Of a stretch of DNA of 64,000 bases, positions 59,482-64,000 are shown piece after piece. A program made the translations under genes and the position numbers. Under the pieces are notes generated by a model that worked only from the letters and a program-made list of their open reading frames with translations, did no database searches and had not been told where the DNA came from. The DNA comes from Pseudomonadota bacterium (GTDB lineage: Bacteria > Myxococcota > JACRCW01 > JAFGSX01). The stretch spans positions 32,001-96,000 of the forward strand of contig JBDRCO010000052.1 in assembly GCA_043821645.1 (NCBI GenBank), given 5' to 3'. Within the stretch, counting starts at the first letter, position 1. Every line of letters begins with the position of its first letter.

Positions 59482-60828
59482 TCACAGCGGTTGTGCGCGC
59501 CCGGCCAGCCCGTCGACCACGAGGTCGATGAGCGAGCGTTCGTGCAGCTCGGTGGTGCAGACCAGGACCTGGCCCTGCCGCGCAGGATCGAAGCGCCCGA
59601 GGTCCAGCCCGCCGACGATGCCTCGGCGCTCGAGCTTTGCCAGGCGGTCCGTGGCGTCGGGGCCGATGTCGAGCAGGAACTCGTTGAAAGTTGGTCCGTC
59701 GTAGACCAGACGCAGTCCCGCGCCCCGGGCACGGCGCTTGGCGTGCTCGGCCTTGGCCAGGTTGTGTCGTGCCAGCTCGGCCAGGCCCCGTGGTCCCAGC
59801 AACGACAGCGCGATGGAACCGGCCAGGGCCATCAGCCCCTGGTTGGTGCAGATGTTCGACGTGGCCTTCTCGCGTCGGATGTGCTGTTCCCTCGTCGACA
59901 GGGTGAGCACGAAGCCGCGCTCGCCGCGGCGGTCGACGGTGGCCCCGGCCAGTCGCCCTGGCATCTGCCGCATGTGGTCGCGGCGGCAGGCAAAGAAGCC
60001 GAAACCCGGACCACCGAAGCTCAGGGCGCCGGTCAGACCAAGGCCCTCGCCGAAGACGATGTCCGCGCCTGCGGTTCCCGGTGCCTGCATCAGCCCCAGA
60101 GCCACGGGCTCGGGCACGGCCACGGCCACCAGAGCTCCGGCCTGGTGGGAAGCCTTGGCCACGGGGGCCGGGTCCTCGACCACGCCGAAGAAGTTGGGTG
60201 TCTGCGGCACCACGACCAGCACCGTGGCGTCGAGAAGATTTCCCAGGGCGTGCTGATCCATGGCGCCATGGCCGTCCACGGGCACGATCTCGACCGTCAG
60301 CGCGGTGGCCGCCAGATAGGTGGTCAGCACGTCGCGGTACTCGGGGTGCAGACCGGCGCTCACCAGTACGCGGGTACGCGCCTCGCGGGTCAGCCGCTGC
60401 GCCATGAGCACGGCCTCGGCGCAGGCCGTGGCACCGTCGTACATCGACGCATTGGAGACTTCGAGACCGGTGAGCTGCGTGATCAGCGTCTGGTACTCGA
60501 AGATGGCCTGGAGCGTGCCCTGGCTGACCTCTGGCTGGTAGGGAGTGTAGGCGCTGTACCATTCGGCGCGGGAGATCAGATGGTCCACCAGCGAGGGCAC
60601 GTGGTGCAGGTAGGCACCGGCTCCGACCAGGGTCTGCGGTGCTGGAGCACCCCCCAGCGCAGACAGATGCTTGCGCAGCTCGCGTTCGCTCAACGCAGGT
60701 GGCAGGTCGAGGGCACCCGTCAGGCGTTGCGCGGCCGGGATCGACGCGAACAGAGCGTCGAGGCTCTCCGCTCCGATGACGTCGAGCATGCGGCGCACAT
60801 CGGCATCCGTGTGGGGTAGATATCTCAT
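59482..60828 (-). CDS. gcvPA: Glycine dehydrogenase (decarboxylating) subunit 1
   Basis: MRYLPHT, YTPYQPEVSQG, NASMYDG and REQHIRREKATSNICTNQ. Confidence 0.96.
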   Translation of the reverse strand: MRYLPHTDADVRRMLDVIGAESLDALFASIPAAQRLTGALDLPPALSERELRKHLSALGGAPAPQTLVGAGAYLHHVPSLVDHLISRAEWYSAYTPYQPEVSQGTLQAIFEYQTLITQLTGLEVSNASMYDGATACAEAVLMAQRLTREARTRVLVSAGLHPEYRDVLTTYLAATALTVEIVPVDGHGAMDQHALGNLLDATVLVVVPQTPNFFGVVEDPAPVAKASHQAGALVAVAVPEPVALGLMQAPGTAGADIVFGEGLGLTGALSFGGPGFGFFACRRDHMRQMPGRLAGATVDRRGERGFVLTLSTREQHIRREKATSNICTNQGLMALAGSIALSLLGPRGLAELARHNLAKAEHAKRRARGAGLRLVYDGPTFNEFLLDIGPDATDRLAKLERRGIVGGLDLGRFDPARQGQVLVCTTELHERSLIDLVVDGLAGRAQPL

Positions 60829-60864
60829 CGTGGCTCCGTGGCGCAGCGCGCGCCGAACCGGGAA

Positions 60865-61254
60865 CTACTTGGCTTCTTCTGCCAGCAGCTTCTGGTAGCC
60901 CGTGACGTCGAACAAGGCGCCGATCTCGTCGGGCTTGTCGAGGGACATGCGTGCGATCCAGCCTTCACCGTAGGGGTCCTTGTTGAGGGTCTCGGGAGCG
61001 CCGTTGAGCGCCTCGTTGACCTCGCTCACGGTGCCGCTCAGGGGGGCGAACAGATCGCTCACGGCCTTGACGGACTCGACGACGCCAAAGGTCTCGCCCT
61101 GGCTCAGGGTGCGACCGACCTCCGGAAGCTCGACGAACACGATGTCGCCCAGAGCCTCCTGCGCGTGGTGCGTGATGCCTATGGTCGCCACGTCACCGTC
61201 GATGCGAGCCCACTCGTGTTCCTTGGTGTACCTGAGGTCGCTGGGAATGCTCAC
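60865..61254 (-). CDS. gcvH: Glycine cleavage system H protein
   Basis: YTKEHEW, VESVKA (lipoyl-Lys) and DPYGEGW; AAGGAGG before GTG at 61254. Confidence 0.96.
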   Translation of the reverse strand: MSIPSDLRYTKEHEWARIDGDVATIGITHHAQEALGDIVFVELPEVGRTLSQGETFGVVESVKAVSDLFAPLSGTVSEVNEALNGAPETLNKDPYGEGWIARMSLDKPDEIGALFDVTGYQKLLAEEAK

Positions 61255-61395
61255 GGAGTCCTCCTTGTCATTGAGGGGCCATCGCGCAGCCCCACTCCCG
61301 TCGACGGGCTGGCGACGGGGCTCCATCGTGATCCGCGTTTTTTGGAAAGGCACCTCGCTCCTTGCATCGTGCACCGCCGACGGGTGTTGCCGATG

Positions 61396-62502
61396 CTAGC
61401 GCTTGTAGAATGGGGTCTTGATCACCCGAGCTGCCACGGGTTTTCCGCGAATCTCGACGCGGTGCTCGGTGCCCAGCTTGCTGAGCGCCGCGGGCACGTA
61501 ACCCAGGGCGATGGGCTTGCCCAGCGTCGGGCTCTGGGTCCCGCTGGTGATGATGCCAATGCTCTGGCCCGCCTTGTCGACGACGGGGTAGCCATGGCGT
61601 GGGATGCCGCGCTCCAGCATCTCGAAGCCGACCAGCTTGCGCGGGATGCCCTGCGTTTTCTGCGCCAGGAGGGCGGCATGGCCGCAGAACTCACCCTTGT
61701 CCCAGCTCACGATCCAGCCCAGGCTGGCCTCGAGGGGGCTGTGGTCATCGTCGATGTCATTGCCATAGAGCATCAGCTTGGATTCGAGGCGGAGGGTATC
61801 GCGCGCGCCGAGCCCGCACGGTTGCACGTCGTGGTCTCGGCCGGCCTCGAGCAGGCCACCCCAGATGGCCGGAGCATCTGCAGGTGCGCAGTAGAACTCG
61901 AAACCGTCCTCGCCGGTGTAGCCCGTGGCGGCGATCAGGGTGTCCCGTCCGCAGATCTGACCCTGCACGAAGCGGAAGAACGGAAGGTGCTCGCTGTCGA
62001 CGGGAATGCTGGCTACCCGTGCCGCGATCTCGCGAGCCCGAGGGCCCTGGAAGGCGATCTGGGCATAGGCGTCGCCCACGTCCTCGGCCCGGGCGTCGTC
62101 GCCGGCGGCATGGCGGACCTGTTCCTGGATCCAGGCCACGTCCTTGGGGCGGTTGGCAGCGTTGATCACCAGAAAGAAGCGCTCGGGCGAGTGGCGATAC
62201 ACGATGAGATCATCGACGAAGCCACCGCGCGGGTTGAGCATGCCGGTGTACAGGGCCTGACCGTCGACCACGCCGCGGACATCACCGCACACCAGCCATT
62301 GCACCGCCTCGAGCGCCCGCGAACCGCGCAGTTCGACCTCGCCCATGTGGCTCACGTCGAACAGCCCGGCGCGCTCGCGCACGCAGCGATGCTCCTCGAG
62401 GACGCCGCGATATTGCACCGGCATGTCGAAGCCCGCGAACTCGACCAGGCGGCCGCCGGCAGCCAGGTGGGCATCGTGCAAGGGAGTATGTCGTGCGCTC
62501 AT
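61396..62502 (-). CDS. gcvT: Glycine cleavage system aminomethyltransferase T
   Basis: TPLH, GLFDVSHMG, TGYTGEDGFE and GLGARDTLRLE. Confidence 0.96.
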   Translation of the reverse strand: MSARHTPLHDAHLAAGGRLVEFAGFDMPVQYRGVLEEHRCVRERAGLFDVSHMGEVELRGSRALEAVQWLVCGDVRGVVDGQALYTGMLNPRGGFVDDLIVYRHSPERFFLVINAANRPKDVAWIQEQVRHAAGDDARAEDVGDAYAQIAFQGPRAREIAARVASIPVDSEHLPFFRFVQGQICGRDTLIAATGYTGEDGFEFYCAPADAPAIWGGLLEAGRDHDVQPCGLGARDTLRLESKLMLYGNDIDDDHSPLEASLGWIVSWDKGEFCGHAALLAQKTQGIPRKLVGFEMLERGIPRHGYPVVDKAGQSIGIITSGTQSPTLGKPIALGYVPAALSKLGTEHRVEIRGKPVAARVIKTPFYKR

Positions 62503-62762
62503 GGTGCGCTCCTCGTCAGCCAGCTCGTCCCACCCCCGAGTCCGGCGTCGCGACGATAGCGCCGCGGCGAGGGCGGTCAAGCACCGTGTGGCCTGGGTAC
62601 GGGGTCCATGGCAGGAAGTGGACGATCCGCCGTACGAGGAGGGCAGGTCCGGTGCTCTCCGGTCAGGCTCGCGCAGGGCTGCGTCCGTTCACCAGTACCT
62701 TCTCGCCAAACTGAGCAGCACGGTCCTGGCGGACGCGGGTTCCGCATCGTCGAGCGCGACGG

Positions 62763-63890
62763 TCAGGGCTGCACGTGCCGGTCTTCCCAGCTGCGGATGC
62801 GTCCGACGAGGTCCCTGTACAGGGCGAGGTGGTCAAAGCCGCTGAGCAGATGGGGCAGGAGGTCGGCGATCTGCCCCACCTCATCAAAGTGGTCCGCAGG
62901 GACGCAGCCGAGGAACTCGCCCCACACCATGCTCCCGGTCGGCACCACGCCGTCGTTGGGTATGGGGTCGAAGGGGTTCCAGCCCGAAAGGACGGCTGCC
63001 GTTGCCACCAGCAGCGGTTCCATGCTGTCGACGCGGCGCAGCGGACCCCACTCCCCTTGATCGCAGATGGAGTTGGCTCGCCGCAGGTTGGACACCGCGG
63101 CCACCGAGAAGATGGGCACACCTGGCGCATCCGGGTGCTGGTGGTTGTAGGTCTCGCGGGTGACCGAGGCCAGGCTCAGGGCCGACGCGTCCATGTCATT
63201 TCGCCAGCCTGGGTTGTCGTCGCCACCACCGGCCTGGGCATCCGGACTGTCGAGGGCGCCGATGAGCCAGGCCAGCACCACAGCCACCGGATCCAGAGAG
63301 TTTTCGGGCAGGTCGAGCACGTAGTCGGCGAGCGGAGTCCCGCGATGCGGGGTGGCCACCGTTGTCAGGGTGGCCACACGGTCGTCGTAGCCGAGCACGC
63401 TGATCACGTAACGGGCATCGAGGCCGCCCTGGGAATGGGCGATGAGATGAACCTTGGCAGCGTTGGTGCGTGCCAGGACGTCGTCGATGGCCAGGGCCAG
63501 AAAAGGCGCACGATCCTCGACGCTGTTGTAGGGCGGGATCGCAGGTGCATACACCTGCGTCTCACCCTGGTCCGCCAGGGTGTCCAGCACGCGGAAGAAG
63601 TAGTCGAGTGGCCCGAGACTGTTGAAGCCGGAGAAACCGTGCACCAGGATCACGGGCCACGGTGGTCCGAGCTTTGGCTCGGCCGAGCCTGCGTCCTCGA
63701 GGGCGTCCTCAACTCCTGCATCGACGGTGGGCGGCGGGATGAAAACCTGGGTGGCTCCGGCGTCCTCGGTGCCCAGGCGTGCCAGCGCGGCGTCGCCGTC
63801 GCAGGCGGTGCTGCAGCCGAACACCAGCAGCAGGCAAGTTGCCCAGGCCGGGGCTGTGACCCAGCGGATGGTCGGAGCTTGGTTCGACAC
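62763..63890 (-). CDS. Triacylglycerol lipase-family lipoprotein (start uncertain)
   Basis: PVILVHG, AHSQGG, TPHRGT, NDGVV and ADHFDEVGQ; possible lipobox VFGC. Confidence 0.88.
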   Translation of the reverse strand: MSNQAPTIRWVTAPAWATCLLLVFGCSTACDGDAALARLGTEDAGATQVFIPPPTVDAGVEDALEDAGSAEPKLGPPWPVILVHGFSGFNSLGPLDYFFRVLDTLADQGETQVYAPAIPPYNSVEDRAPFLALAIDDVLARTNAAKVHLIAHSQGGLDARYVISVLGYDDRVATLTTVATPHRGTPLADYVLDLPENSLDPVAVVLAWLIGALDSPDAQAGGGDDNPGWRNDMDASALSLASVTRETYNHQHPDAPGVPIFSVAAVSNLRRANSICDQGEWGPLRRVDSMEPLLVATAAVLSGWNPFDPIPNDGVVPTGSMVWGEFLGCVPADHFDEVGQIADLLPHLLSGFDHLALYRDLVGRIRSWEDRHVQP

Positions 63891-64000
63891 GCGCGGCACT
63901 CCAGGCACCCCACCGACGGTGTGCCCGGGATAGCATAGCACGCTGGACGAGGCCCGCACTCGCGTGTCCAGCGTGGCATGCTAACCTGCCCTAGGAATCC

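Noticed and set aside
59423-60562. Apparent long N-terminal extension of GcvPB (884-aa ORF); similar extensions on the SLC13, DUF711, MerR and EF-G ORFs
   Set aside because: Open frames overlapping neighbouring genes; an RBS and family N-terminus mark a downstream start in each case.
62503-62762. Glycine riboswitch upstream of gcvT
   Set aside because: A GGAGAG is present on the - strand, but the CCGAAG and CTCTCAGG core elements are not.

Overview
This is a GC-rich, gene-dense 64 kb bacterial window, most likely from a Myxococcota/deltaproteobacterial genome. That assignment is inferred from a MYXO-CTERM-like sorting tail, an SgmX-like TPR protein next to an ExeA ATPase, and a REC-DUF4388-like-J-TPR protein. 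Housekeeping blocks include trkA/trkH, a UPF0210 (DUF711) protein with an ACT partner, a divergent EF-G paralogue, a thiolase, ALDH7, skp-lpxD-lpxA-lpxI-lpxB, ribA and gcvT-H-PA-PB. The most interesting region is about 37.7-55.3 kb, a candidate extracytosolic flavinylation/electron-transfer locus. It encodes an outer-membrane beta-barrel, ApbE, a NapH-NapG-like polyferredoxin fusion, an FMN-binding protein, and an Ig-repeat lipoprotein ending in what looks like a DUF2271-type flavinylation domain with a variant TEAT motif. Three GT-C-type membrane proteins interrupt the locus, and it is flanked by a CarH-like B12 regulator and a CxxC-less TrxR / renalase-like / ribA trio. I saw no rRNA, tRNA, CRISPR array or mobile element. 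All family calls come from reading motifs by eye, not from database searches, and many start codons were moved from the ORF track.
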